Assembly (NCBI GenBank): GCA_950097015.1
Contig: CATNEN010000008.1
Span: 4,092,001 to 4,156,000 of the forward strand
Source of the DNA: Macrostomum hystrix
Taxonomy: Eukaryota > Animalia > Platyhelminthes
DNA: 64,000 nt
Reading direction: 5' to 3'
The translations under genes and the position numbers were made by a program. Within the stretch, counting starts at the first letter, position 1; each line of letters begins with the position of its first letter. This document shows, one piece after another, positions 36,901 to 48,384 of the stretch. Below the pieces are notes generated by a model that saw nothing but the letters and a program-made list of their open reading frames with translations, searched no databases and was not told where the DNA came from.

Positions 36901-39900
36901 GTTACATGATGCAGTTTTGTGAGCAGAAAAATTATGCCTGTATTTGTGGTTTTTCAAGGACGACGAGAATCGTTGAATATCTCGATGATGACAATGTTTA
37001 CCGGATTGAGCGGAAAATTTTGGCGCGTGTTTTCATGCCGATTGTTGGAATATTTTGAGAGATACGAAAAAAATGAAATCTGGGTATTTCAAATACGCCG
37101 TGGCCTTTCTACTGCTAAGCAGAACCAATCAGCGTGAGGCAAGAGAAAAAATGCTTCACTTATAATTGATAAGGAGAGAAGGGAATGAAGGGAATTGCTG
37201 CTAAGCAGAACCAATCAGCGTGAGGCAAGAGAAAAAATGCTTCACTTATAATTGATAAGGAGAGAAGGGAATGAAGGGAATTGCTGCTAAGCAGAACCAA
37301 TCAGCGTGAGGCAAGAGAAAAAGTGCTTCACTTATAATTGATAAGGAGAGAAGGGAATGACTAACGGATTGAGTATTAATGAACTCAGGCTGGAGATTCT
37401 TCACGCGCACAACAATCGTCTAGCCAGCCTGCCAGAGTCAATGTCAGCCCTGACCAGCCTGTCAATGCTCGTACTGGCCTTCAATCACTTCCTGGAGGTG
37501 CCGCCGGTGCTGGCAGCAATGAGCAGATGGTGTGAGAACATTGTCATGCCTGGCAACCGGATCAGCGGCATCTCGGATCGCCTGGCTGACCGATTGAAGT
37601 CAGTGCGGAGAATCAATTTCAGGATGAACCAGATCTCACTGAATGGCACCAGCTGCCTCAGATTGGACCGGTTTCAACAGCTGGCCTATCTTGATCTCAG
37701 GGATAACTTGGTGAGTGACAGCCAGTGCGAGTGGGTCTTTTGATACATAGGACAGCTAACACTAGTTATTGTTGCAGATTGAAACGTTGGATCTGCGCGA
37801 CCTACCTTTGCTGGAGTTTTTCTGCTGCGAGAGAAACCGACTCACCGAGCTCAAGCTCAACGGCCGCTCACTGAAATCTGTGCTGCTTGACGACAATAGT
37901 GAGCAGGGGCGAGTTGCATGACCGATTCCATCACTTCATAACCAATCCGATCACTTCATGACCAATCCAATCACTTCATGATCAATCGAATCACTTCATG
38001 ACCAATCCGATCACTTCATGACCAATCCAATCACTTCATGATCAATCCATGCACTCTATTGACCAATCCATGGACTCTAATGACCAGTCCATGCACTCTA
38101 ATGACCAATCCATGCACTCTAATGACCAATCCATGCACTCTAATGACCAATCCATGCACTCTAATGACCAATCCATGCACTCTAATGACCAATCCATGCA
38201 CTCTAATGACCAATCCATGCACTCTATTGACCAATCCATGCACTCCGTGACCAAATCAACATCCCGCAGGGCTCGCCAGCTTGGACATCGAGCCGCCGCC
38301 GGAGCAGCTGGAATACCTGGACGCCAGCCAGAACCGCCTGACCCAGCTGCCACCGTACCTTGGCGACCTGAAGCAACTCGTCCACTGCAGACTCGCGCAC
38401 AATTTCCTGACCGAACTGCCTTCGGGATTTTTCCTTGGCGCAGCTGAAGGTCGCCAGCTGAAGGTGCTGAACGCGCACCACAACGTCATCCACTCGCTGC
38501 CAGAGACAATCCAGCCTGACTGCGGCATTGAAGACCTTCAACTGCAGCACAACTGGCTGAACTGCTTGCCCGAGACAATCTTCTCTGGCCTGCCGAAACT
38601 GAAGCTGCTGAATCTGACCAGGAACCGGCTGACATCGCTGCCGCGGCCAGAGACAGGCCTGGCTGATCAGGAGTTCAACAGCCGACTGCAGGAGCTGAAC
38701 TTGTCGTTTAATAATCTGGACAATGCGGCACTGCGAGTGCTGGCCAAGTTTCAGAGGCTGCGCGTGCTGCGACTGGCGTTCAACCAGATTACTGAACTCA
38801 CCGACGAGTGAGCGGCGCCTGTCAAACCAAATCAAATCTTTCCAACCCAATTGCTTTAGTTCAACCCTCGACCAGTCCATGGACTGAAAATTTGTACACA
38901 GCCACTGGCTGTGCATCTCGCCTAGTGTCTAGATCTAACCATGGTGTCTAGATCTAACCATGGTGTCTAGATCTAACCATGGTGTCTAGATCTAACCATG
39001 GTGTCTAGATCTAACCATGGTGTCTAGATCTAACAATGGTGTCTAGATCTAACCATGGTGTCTAGATCTAATCATGGTGTCTAGATCTAATCATGGTGTC
39101 TAGATCTAATCATGGTGTCTAGATCTAACCATGGTGTCTCGATCTAATCATGGTGTCTAGATCTAACCATGGTGTCTAGATCTAACAATGGTGTCTAGAT
39201 CTAATCATGGTGTCTAGATCTAATCATGGTGTCTAGATCTAACCATGGTGTCTAGATCTAACAATGGTGTCTAGATCTAACAATGGTGTCTAGATCTAAC
39301 CATGGTGTCTAGATCTAACCATGGTGTCTAGATCTAACCATGGTGTCTAGATCTAACCATGGTGTCTAGATCTAAGTATCGCTTTTCACTAAGATCCAGT
39401 TTGAGTGACAGGTTGCTGATATTCCAATCGCTCCCTCATCTCCTCAGCTTCGTCGGCAGTCTGCAATTCCTTCAAGAGCTCAACGTGTCGGGCAACCAAC
39501 TGCGCCAACTGCCAGACTCGCTGCTTCAGCTGGAGCGACTCACTGTGCTCAAAGCCCACTCAAACATGCTGCAGGAGTTGCCAGATTTTCGTCAGATGCC
39601 AGAACTCAGAGCGCTTGACCTCGGCTGCAATCACCTGCTCACTGGCTCAGTCAGGGACCTCATGGAGGCTCGACTGAGCTTCTTGGACCTGTCCTGCAAC
39701 GAGAAGATGGGCATGTCTATGCAGGACCTGACTGCTGTCAGGTGAGTTATTGCACAATGCTAAGGTGTGCTCATGTGTTCAGGTGTGCTCGAGTGTGCTC
39801 AGGTGTGTTCAGGTGTGCTCGGGTGTGCTCAGGTGTGTTCAGGTGTGCTCGGGTGTGCTCAGGTGAGCTCAAGTATGCTTGGGTGTGCTCAGGTGTGCTC

Positions 39901-42900
39901 AAGTATGCTTGGGTGTGCTCAGGTGAGCTCAAGTATGCTTGGGTGTGCTCAGGTGAGCTCAAGTATGCTTGGGTGTGCTCAGGTGAGCTCAAGTATGCTT
40001 GGGTGTGCTCAGGTGTGCTCAAGTATGCTTGGGTGTGCTCAGGTGAGCTCAAGTATGCTTGGGTGTGCTCAGGTGAGCTCAAGTATGCTTGGGTGTGCTC
40101 AGGTGTGCTCAAGTATGCTTGGGTGTGCTCAGGTGTGCTCAAGTATGCTTGGGTGTGCTCAGGTGAGCTCAAGTATGCTTGGGTGTGCTCAGGTGTGCTG
40201 GGGTGTGCTCAGGTGTGCTGGGATGAGTCCATTTGTGCTCAGTTAAGATCAGGTTATATACCTATAGATTCTATACTATAGAATCCAATACAAACGATTG
40301 CACAGGACAAAGAGTACAATCAAGACTGTCAACTCGGCTGGCGGCATTCAGCCATTGTCCCGAATGGCAACGGCAGCATCAGCAGCAGCAGCAGCAGCAA
40401 CGGGGACTCTAGGCAATGGTTCATATAGAACAGCCTATGCAACAGCCTCATCAGCATCAGCAGCGGCAGCGGCAGCGGCGGTCTCGTTTCCATTCGACAC
40501 AGGCCTAGCCGAGTCCACGGGCAGCCGGAACCGGATGTGCATCTCCGCCATCAAGAAGATGCCTTACCCGACGCCGGACAGCGCCCTGTTCGCCGTGTTC
40601 GACGGAGGCAGGAATCCGTCAGTACCGAGGCTACTGCAGGGCTCGTTCGGCAGGGCCTACTGGGAACAGCTGCGGGCCGGCTACGGGGAGCAGGTGCGCG
40701 CCGCTCAAATAAACACCACCCTAGCCTAATAAACCTTGATAAACACTAATAATCACCTTACCTGACCGTATAAAAGCACAGATAAGCACTCACCTTACCC
40801 TAAAAATGGGGGGTCAGTGTCAGAGCGGTTAACGCGTTTGCCTCTCGCACTTGGGGTGAAAGAGTGTACATTGCCTGACGATTTTCAGGGCAGATGTACC
40901 CACCCGTGTGAGCGTGTGCCTGTGTACAGTATCTGTGTGCGTGTGTGATCAGGAGTCCAGTGTCACCAAATGATGTGCCATTGCCCGCAGCCCTCCTGCA
41001 ATTATTATTATTATCCCAAAAACAGCAGCCAATTCCTAATTAAACAAACCGCCACCCAGGCCGCCCTTCGATACGCCCTGCTGAGCAGCCACCGCAAGCT
41101 GCTCTCCTACGGTCAACGCCTCGGAGCTTCAGGTGCCGTGCTGTGCCTGAAGCGCCGGTCGGTGGACCGCTGGGAGGCCACAGTCGGCAACGTCGGCAAC
41201 GCGGAGGTGGTGCTGGTGCAGCGGGACCGGCCGATGCGCCTGACCCGCCTGTTCTTGGCCCAGCGAGATCGCGACGAGGCCGAACGGATCGCCCAGGCCG
41301 GCGGCATGGTGACGGAGGACGGCCGCGTCAACGGCAGCTGCGACTGCACCAGGCAGCTGGGCTGCGCCTTCCTGCACCCGTGCGTGACACCCGAGCCGCA
41401 GGTGACCCAGGTCAACCTGGCCGAGACTGACGACTCGCTGATTTTGGCCAGCCGCAGCTTCTGGGCTTTCGTTAATTACGACGAAGCTGCCGAGGAGGTT
41501 CGCGAGGCGGCGCAGCCGGTGGCGGCGGCCAAACGCCTGATTGATCTGGCTCAGGTGCGCCGGGGAGAGAATGGGGATTCGATTCGACCTCGAATCAAAC
41601 AAGCAAATTGTTGGATTATACAATTTAAAGGAATGAACTAGACTGCTATAAGTAACGGACATAACGCGTTGAATAGTCAAGTAACGTTCTTGGCCAGGGA
41701 GTCGGTGGCAGAGCGGTTAACGCGTTTGGTATCTGTGTGCGTGTGTGCTCAGGAGTCAGCGAAATGGGCAGAATTGCCTCCTCGCTGGCTGCGGGTCTAG
41801 TGTCACCAAACTATGTGTCATTGCCCGCAGCCCTCCTGCAATTATTATTTTTATTATCTCCACAGATCCCTACCCAATCCCCACAGATCCCTACCCAATC
41901 CCCACAGATCCCTACCCAATTCCCACCGATCCCTAACCAATCTCCACCGATCCCTAACCAATCTCCACCGATCCCTATCCAATCTCCACCGATCCTTAAC
42001 CAATCTCCACCGATCCCTATCCAATCCCCACCGATCCCTAACCAATCCCCACCGATCCCTAACCAATCTCCACCGATCCCTAACCAATCTCCACCGATCC
42101 CTAACCAATCTCCACCGATCCCTATCCAATCCCCACCGATCCCTAACCAATCCCCACCGATCCCTAACCAATCTCCACCGATCCCTAACCAATCTCCACC
42201 GATCCCTAACCAATCTCCACCGATCCCTATCCAATCCCCACCGATCCCTATCCAATCCCCACCGATCCCTATCCAATCCACACCGATCCCTATCCAATCC
42301 CCACCGATAGGGGGTCGGTGACAGAGCGGTTAACGCGTTTGCCACTCGCACCACAGTCCCTAAGTTCTTCCACGGCGAGGCCACATTTATTTGGGGCGCA
42401 GCCACGGAGAGAAGGCTTTGGGGGCTTGTCATGCAATTTACGCCATTGAGAACCAACCTCCAAGGCACAGTGAGAGTGTACACTGCCTGACGATGAGAAA
42501 GTCAGGGCAGATGTACACACCTGTGTGAGCGTGTTCCTGCGTACGTTATCTTTTTACACGACCCGGAGCGTGTGTGCTCAGGAGCCAGCGAAATGGGCAG
42601 AATTGCCTCCTCGCTGGCTGCGGGTCTAGTGTCACCAAATTATGTGGTGACACTAGCCCTCCTGCAATTATATTAGATTATTATTCTTAACGTTCTTGGC
42701 CTCCCTTAGTAACTAACGAGATAGTAAAGTAACGAACATGGCCTCTTTAAGTAACGAACAAGTAAAATAACGTACTTAGTTCGGTGAATTAACAAAATCC
42801 ATGTTGGATAAACTTGAGTATCTGTCTAAATCTTTCGGTTCCTCACCCTGCAGGCCTACGGCTGCACCGAGAACATCACGATTCTGGTGGTGAAGATCCG

Positions 42901-44308
42901 GCTATCTTCCGCCTCCTATCGGCAACAGCAGCAGCATCGCCACCTACGAGGAGCAACGCACCGGCCGGCCCTGACTCGCCGGCCCGACTCCTTCGAGGGA
43001 CATCCGGTTGACGACCTGGAAGATGACTACGCAGAGCTGCGGCTGAGCATGGATGAGGAGGTCGGCGGCAGCATCAGCTCGCAGCAGTCCATCGAGTCAG
43101 ACTCCAGCGAGCTGTGGATGCGGCGCCGAATCAACGGCTACCAGAAGCTGAAGAGCGGCCGCACAGTGGAAGAGATCGAGCGGGAGCAGCAGCAACAGCA
43201 GCAGCAGCAGAGAATGTTCGCCAAACGTCACGAGAACGCGCAGCTGCTTGGCGCTGAGATGCGCGTTCGTCTAGCTGGCGAAGTGAAACGCCAGGAGCTA
43301 GACAGCGACCTGGCCGAAGTCCTCCTACACAGCCCGTCCGACTCCGACTCGGAGAGAAGCTTCCACAGCGGCGGCGACGGAGGCGATGGCGGCGGCGGAG
43401 GCGGCGACAACTGGCGACGATTCGGTCCCGGCGCCGGCAGCAGCGGCGTGGCGGCTTCTCCATCGGCGAAGTGGAACGACAGGCGCAGCAACCTGATGTC
43501 ACACGCGCACAGGTCGCTGACAGTCGGCGGCGTGCGACCTTCGACTGATGCGGCGGCGTCGGCTCATCCTGAAGACGATCGACTCAGCGAGATCACGAAC
43601 TCGGACTTGCTGATTTCGCCGCCACGCGAAGACCGAATCGGAGACGCCGGCATCGATCCGGACGATGAAGACGACGAGCTTTTCCTTGACACGACGGGAG
43701 CCGACGCCTACGAGTCCCTGTCCCGGTACCGGCCGGCGGCAACTGGCGGGGGCCACTGGAGGTCAGACGTTGGGCACGAAGGAATGCGGGAGGAGACCTA
43801 CATGGTGGACAGGCACGACACCGGCGTCGGCCGTGACGGCGACATCGCGGCAGCTTCGTCAAGAAATGCCGCCCCCAGCTCATCTGCGCAGCTGCCTGAG
43901 AACAGCTCTAAGTCAATTGACAGCTATGCTCAAGTCTCCAGACCCAGTCAAGCTGGCTTTAAGTCGAAGCCGCCGGCGCCTCCGCCGCCAACCCATCGAC
44001 TCACCGACCGCGGCACGGAGCCCAATTCATCGCCGCCGCCGATGTCGCCGCCGCAGACGCCGAGCAGTACGTTCTCGTTCTCGGCAACTGGCGGCAGGAG
44101 GCCGCAGTTGAACCACAGCCTGAGCCAGCAGTCCGGCCAGTACCGACCTGGCAGTGCCGCGGCGGCAGCAACGGCAGCAGCAGCGGCAGCAATGTCTGCG
44201 GCATACGAAGACCAAGAGCTGGTGATGGACATCCGGTCCGTGGCCACGTCCTACGCATCTGAGGTGAACTCCCGCGTTGCAGATAGAGATGAGGACACAC
44301 ACCTGTGA
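33969..44308 (+). CDS. PHLPP: PH domain leucine-rich repeat protein phosphatase (RA-PH-LRR-PP2C-PDZ ligand); ~1617 aa. Exons 33969-34683, 35232-35425, 36185-36516, 37389-37710, 37778-37898, 38270-38807, 39448-39741, 40306-40693, 41060-41554, 42854-44308
   Basis: RA-like RRLDPFECPLALQN..ELGY, PH-like segment, many LRRs, PP2C-like LFAVFDGGRN..VPRLLQ / TEDGRVNG / YGCTENITILVV, C-terminal DTHL class I PDZ ligand. Exon sum 4854 nt, in frame; start ATG inferred. Confidence 0.93.
34700..35008. repeat. 9-bp (18-bp higher-order) repeat GTCCCAGT/GTCCCAAC in PHLPP intron 1
   Basis: Direct reading. Confidence 0.95.
35022..35180 (-). mobile_element. Partial copy of the MITE-like element at 36651-37101, inverted
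   Basis: Reverse complement aligns with 36657-36811 (TTTCAAATACCCGCTGCCTA...CCGAATGACCGAT.TTCGTGAAAGTCCAC...TTTCAAAGCCGTCCGA...TATTCAGCGATTC). Confidence 0.75.
35445..35785. repeat. 21-bp purine-rich repeat (GAGATGAGAGGTAGAGTGAGG) in PHLPP intron 2
   Basis: Direct reading. Confidence 0.9.
36651..37101 (+). mobile_element. MITE-like element with imperfect ~20-bp TIRs
   Basis: ACGGAGTGTTTCAAATACCC versus the reverse complement of the right end, ACGGCGTATTTGAAATACCC; second partial copy at 35022-35180; no clear TSD. Confidence 0.6.
37107..37358. repeat. 86-bp tandem repeat, about 3 copies, each with AACCAATCAGC
   Basis: CTGCTAAGC at 37112, 37198, 37284. Confidence 0.95.
37918..38250. repeat. 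21-bp repeat (ACCAATCCATGCACTCTAATG) in PHLPP intron 5
   Basis: Two unit variants in sequence. Confidence 0.95.
38924..39375. repeat. 19-bp repeat of two abutting palindromes (TAGATCTA-ACCATGGT-GTC) in PHLPP intron 6
   Basis: About 23 units. Confidence 0.97.
39762..40222. repeat. 10/30-bp repeat (GCTCAGGTGAGCTCAAGTATGCTTGGGTGT) in PHLPP intron 7
   Basis: Direct reading. Confidence 0.95.
40808..41014 (+). mobile_element. tRNA-derived SINE copy B, internally deleted, (ATT)n tail
   Basis: Head GTGTCAGAGCGGTTAACGCG, tail TGCCCGCAGCCCTCCTGCAATTATTATT; degenerate TSD CCCTAAAAA/CCCAAAAA. Confidence 0.85.
41696..42687 (+). mobile_element. Composite SINE (41696-41857) + 21-bp VNTR (41858-42307) + SINE (42310-42687)
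   Basis: Exact 14-bp direct repeat TAACGTTCTTGGCC at 41682-41695 and 42688-42701 flanks the whole unit. Confidence 0.75.
41858..42307. repeat. 21-bp C-rich minisatellite (CACAGATCCCTACCCAATCCC changing to CACCGATCCCTAACCAATCTC)
   Basis: About 21 units. Confidence 0.95.
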
Positions 44309-44394
44309 CCAGCCTGGGCAAGACAAAATATAAACTTCGCTCTCAACCAGCTCAGACTAGACTGCGATATGAAAGCTATAAATAAATCTACCAC

Positions 44395-44985
44395 TTCCCT
44401 CAAAATCCCTCCGATTTTTCCCATCCCCAGAAATCTCCCATTTATTCCCAATACTTTCCTATAAAATCTTCCCATTCTTTCCAACTCCTTCACCCAAAAT
44501 CCCTCAATCTTTCTTCCCACCTTTCTCCCGAAACCTCCCCATTTTTCACAAAATCTCCCCATTCTTTCCAACCCTTTCTCCCGAAATCTCCCCATTCTTT
44601 CCAACCCTTTCCTCAAAATCTCCCCATCCTTTCCAACCCTTTCCTCAAAATCTCCCCATTCTTTCCAACCCTTTTCCCAAAATCTCCCCATTCTTTCCAA
44701 CCCTTTCCCCCGAAATCTCCCCATTCTTTCCAACCCTTTCCTCAAAATCTCCCCATCCTTTCCAACCCTTTCCTCAAAATCTCCCCATTCTTTCCAACCC
44801 TTTTCCCAAAATCTCCCCATTTTCCTTGAAATCTCCCTATTCCCTCAAAATCTCCCCATTCTTTCCAACCCTTTCCCCGAAATCTCCCCATCCTTTCGAA
44901 CCCTTTCCCCGAAATCTCCCCATCCTTTCCAAACCCTTTCCCTAGAATCTCCCTATTTTTGCAAACCCTTCTCCCTAAAATTCCC
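44395..44985. repeat. ~32-bp C/T-rich repeat (AAATCTCCCCATTCTTTCCAACCCTTTCCTCA) downstream of the PHLPP stop
   Basis: 129-bp four-unit block is duplicated. Confidence 0.9.
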
Positions 44986-45467
44986 GTCTTCCCAGCCCCG
45001 ACCAGAAAATCTCACATTTTTTCCAAGCCTTTTTAAGAACTCATTGATTCATTGATTTTCAATTTATACATTTTAGCACCCAATGCTTGCGGTGAATCAC
45101 ACAATGCGAAACGAACAAAAGCAAGCTAATGCTTCCTCATCTGTAAAAAAATAGATCTTACACCAGTTTCCATTGAACAGCTTTAGTCGAAAGGTGACAA
45201 AGGTGTGTCGCTTTAAAATTTACAAGTCACAATATCCACTGCGTGAATACCACTAATAATTACTTATTTTCTAGTTGCCCTAGTAAAAATATTGTACAAG
45301 CACTTCATGCTTCAGTTCAACTGCTGATGTAGCACTAAATTATTTTATTTTGTTTATTATACATGCACACATAGATTGCGCATGATCTTCCAACATGTCT
45401 GATTGACTTGACTAAATAAACATCGTCTCAGATCTACTATGATTACTTACTTTCATATAAAAAACCA

Positions 45468-47082
45468 ATGCTGCCTCTCTGCAACTATCAGCTTCACTGT
45501 CTGAGTGTGTGTGGGGTGCTGCCCCTCTGCAATTATCAGCTTCACTGTCTGAGTGTGTGTGGGGTGCTGCCCCTCTGCAATTATCAGCTTCACTGTCTGA
45601 GTGTGTGTGGGGTGCTGCCCCTCTGCAATTATCAGCTTCACTGTCTGAGTGTGTGTGGGGTGCTGCCCCCCTCTGCAATTATCAGCTTCACTGTCTGAGT
45701 GTGTGTGGGGTGCTGCCCCTCTGCAATTATCAGCTTCACTGTCTGAGTGTGTGTGGGGTGCTGCCCCCCTCTGCAATTATCAGCTTCACTGTCTGAGTGT
45801 GTGTGGGGTGCTGCCCCTCTGCAATTATCAGCTTCACTGTCTGAGTGTGTGTGGGGTGCTGCCCTCTGCAATTATCAGCTTCACTGTCTGAGTGTGTGTG
45901 GGGTGCTGCCCCCCTCTGCAATTATCAGCTTCACTGTCTGAGTGTGTGTGGGGTGCTGCCCCTCTGCAATTATCAGCTTCACTGTCTGAGTGTGTGTGGG
46001 GTGCTGCCCCTCTGCAATTATCAGCTTCACTGTCTGAGTGTGTGTGGGGTGCTGCCCTCTGCAATTATCAGCTTCACTGTCTGAGTGTGTGTGGGGTGCT
46101 GCCCCTCTCTGCAATTATCAGCTTCACTGTCTGAGTGTGTGTGGGGTGCTGCCCCTCTGCAATTATCAGCTTCACTGTCTGAGTGTGTGTGGGGTGCTGC
46201 CCCTCTGCAATTATCAGCTTCACTGTCTGAGTGTGTGTGGGGTGCTGCCCCCCTCTGCAATTATCAGCTTTACTGTCTGAGTGTGTGTGGGGTGCTGCCC
46301 CCCTCTGCAATTATCAGCTTCACTGTCTGAGTGTGTGTGGGGTGCTGCCCCTCTGCAATTATCAGCTTCACTGTCTGAGTGTGTGTGGGGTGCTGCCCCC
46401 CTCTGCAATTATCAGCTTCACTGTCTGAGTGTGTGTGGGGTGCTGCCCCCCTCTGCAACTATCAGCTTCACTGTCTGAGTGTGTGTGGGGTGCTGCCCCT
46501 CTGCAATTATCAGCTTTACTGTCTGACTGTGTGTGGGGTGCTGCCCCTCTGCAATTATCAGCTTCACTGTCTGAGTGTGTGTGGGGTGCTGCCCCCCTCT
46601 GCAATTATCAGCTTCACTGTCTGAGTGTGTGTGGGGTGCTGCCCCTCTGCAATTATCAGCTTCACTGTCTGAGTGTGTGTGGGGTGCTGCCCCTCTGCAA
46701 TTATCAGCTTCACTGTCTGAGTGTGTGTGGGGTGCTGCCCCCCTCTGCAATTATCAGCTTCACTGTCTGAGTGTGTGTGGGGTGCTGCCCCTCTGCAATT
46801 ATCAGCTTCACTGTCTGAGTGTGTGTGGGGTGCTGCCCCCCTCTGCAATTATCAGCTTCACTGTCTGAGTGTGTGTGGGGTGCTGCCCCTCTGCAATTAT
46901 CAGCTTCACTGTCTGAGTGTGTGTGGGGTGCTGCCCTCTGCAATTATCAGCTTCACTGTCTGAGTGTGTGTGGGGTGCTGCCCCCCTCTGCAATTATCAG
47001 CTTCACTGTCTGAGTGTGTGTGGGGTGCTGCCCTCTGCAATTATCAGCTTCACTGTCTGAGTGTGTGTGGGGTGCTGCCCCT
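45468..47082. repeat. 47-50-bp minisatellite (CTCTGCAATTATCAGCTTCACTGTCTGAGTGTGTGTGGGGTGCTGCCC), variable C-run
   Basis: About 33 units. Confidence 0.97.
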
Positions 47083-47633
47083 GTTTAATTATTAAAATTT
47101 GGACATTTCTACCAAATTAAAATAGATAATCAGGTTCAAGAACACTACCAAGTTACGCCTTAAACGGTCTGTAGTCCGCAAGGGCGCTCAGGTGCCGAAG
47201 TAAAGATGGCGATGATAATAAATGTTTATTTGGAAAGGATCAAGCATTAAATAAACTAGACATAATCGGGCTATGAACAAAGAAAACTCATGAAGCCTTG
47301 CTGATTTGCAAGAAGTTTGAACAACAATTAAACAAAGACTAACACATTAACAAAGACTAAAATATGAAAGAAGCAATAAGTTTCACTAAAAATAGGAGCC
47401 TAGAAAGTGCTGGGGATAAAATCGGTATGATAAAATGGTACATGGAAATAGTCTCTAGAGATGAAATTGACTAAACTTGAGCGCAACTGCCACTTCTGCC
47501 CTGATTTTGTCACTCCCGTTCCAATTATGTCACTCCAAATCCTGCTTCTGCCAATCGTATTCCAATTTCGTCACAAGCATTTCTATTGTCACTACAATTG
47601 TCATTCCCATTCCGAATGTCCCTCCAGGTCCGA

Positions 47634-48340
47634 ATTCTGTCACTCCAGACCAATTTCTGTCACTCTCATTCCAAGTTCTGTCACTCCATTTGAAATCTGT
47701 CACTCTCATTATAAATTCTGTCACTCTCATTCCAAATTCTGTCACTCTCATTCCAAATTCTGTCACTCTCATTCCAAATTCTGTCACTCTCATTCCAAAT
47801 TCTGTCACTCTCATTCCGAATTCTGTCACTCTCATTCCGAATTCTGTCACTCTCATTCCGAATTCTGTCACTCTCATTCAGAATTCTGTCACTCTCATTC
47901 CGAATTCTGTCACTCTCATTCCGAATTCTGTCACTCTCATTCCGAATTCTGTCACTCTCATTCCGAATTCTGTCACTCTCATTCCAAATTCTGTCACTCT
48001 CATTCCGAATTCTGTCACTCTCATTCCGAATTCTGTCACTCTCATTCCGAATTCTGTCACTCTCATTCAGAATTCTGTCACTCTCATTCCGAATTCTGTC
48101 ACTCTCATTCCGAATTCTGTCACTCTCATTCCGAATTCTGTCACTCTCATTCAGAATTCTGTCACTCTCATTCCGAATTCTGTCACTCTCATTCCGAATT
48201 CTGTCACTCTCATTCCGAATTCTGTCACTCTCATTCCGAATTCTGTCACTCTCATTCAGAATTCTGTCACTCTCATTCCGAATTCTGTCACTCTCATTCC
48301 GAATTCTGTCACTCTCATTCCGAATTCTGTCACTCATTCC
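47634..48340. repeat. 21-bp minisatellite (TCTGTCACTCTCATTCCGAAT) just downstream of the DOLK stop
   Basis: About 33 units. Confidence 0.97.
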
Positions 48341-48384
48341 AAATCCGGAAAATCCGCAGCGCATCGCTTCACCCCAGCCCCTGG

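Noticed and set aside
41776-41789. GCCTCCTCGCTGGC in the SINE equals the HDV ribozyme P3-L3 sequence
   Set aside because: I could not build P1, P1.1 and J4/2 in HDV order. The segment folds more simply as a long hairpin with GGAGCCAGCGA. A descriptor search on the family consensus would settle it.
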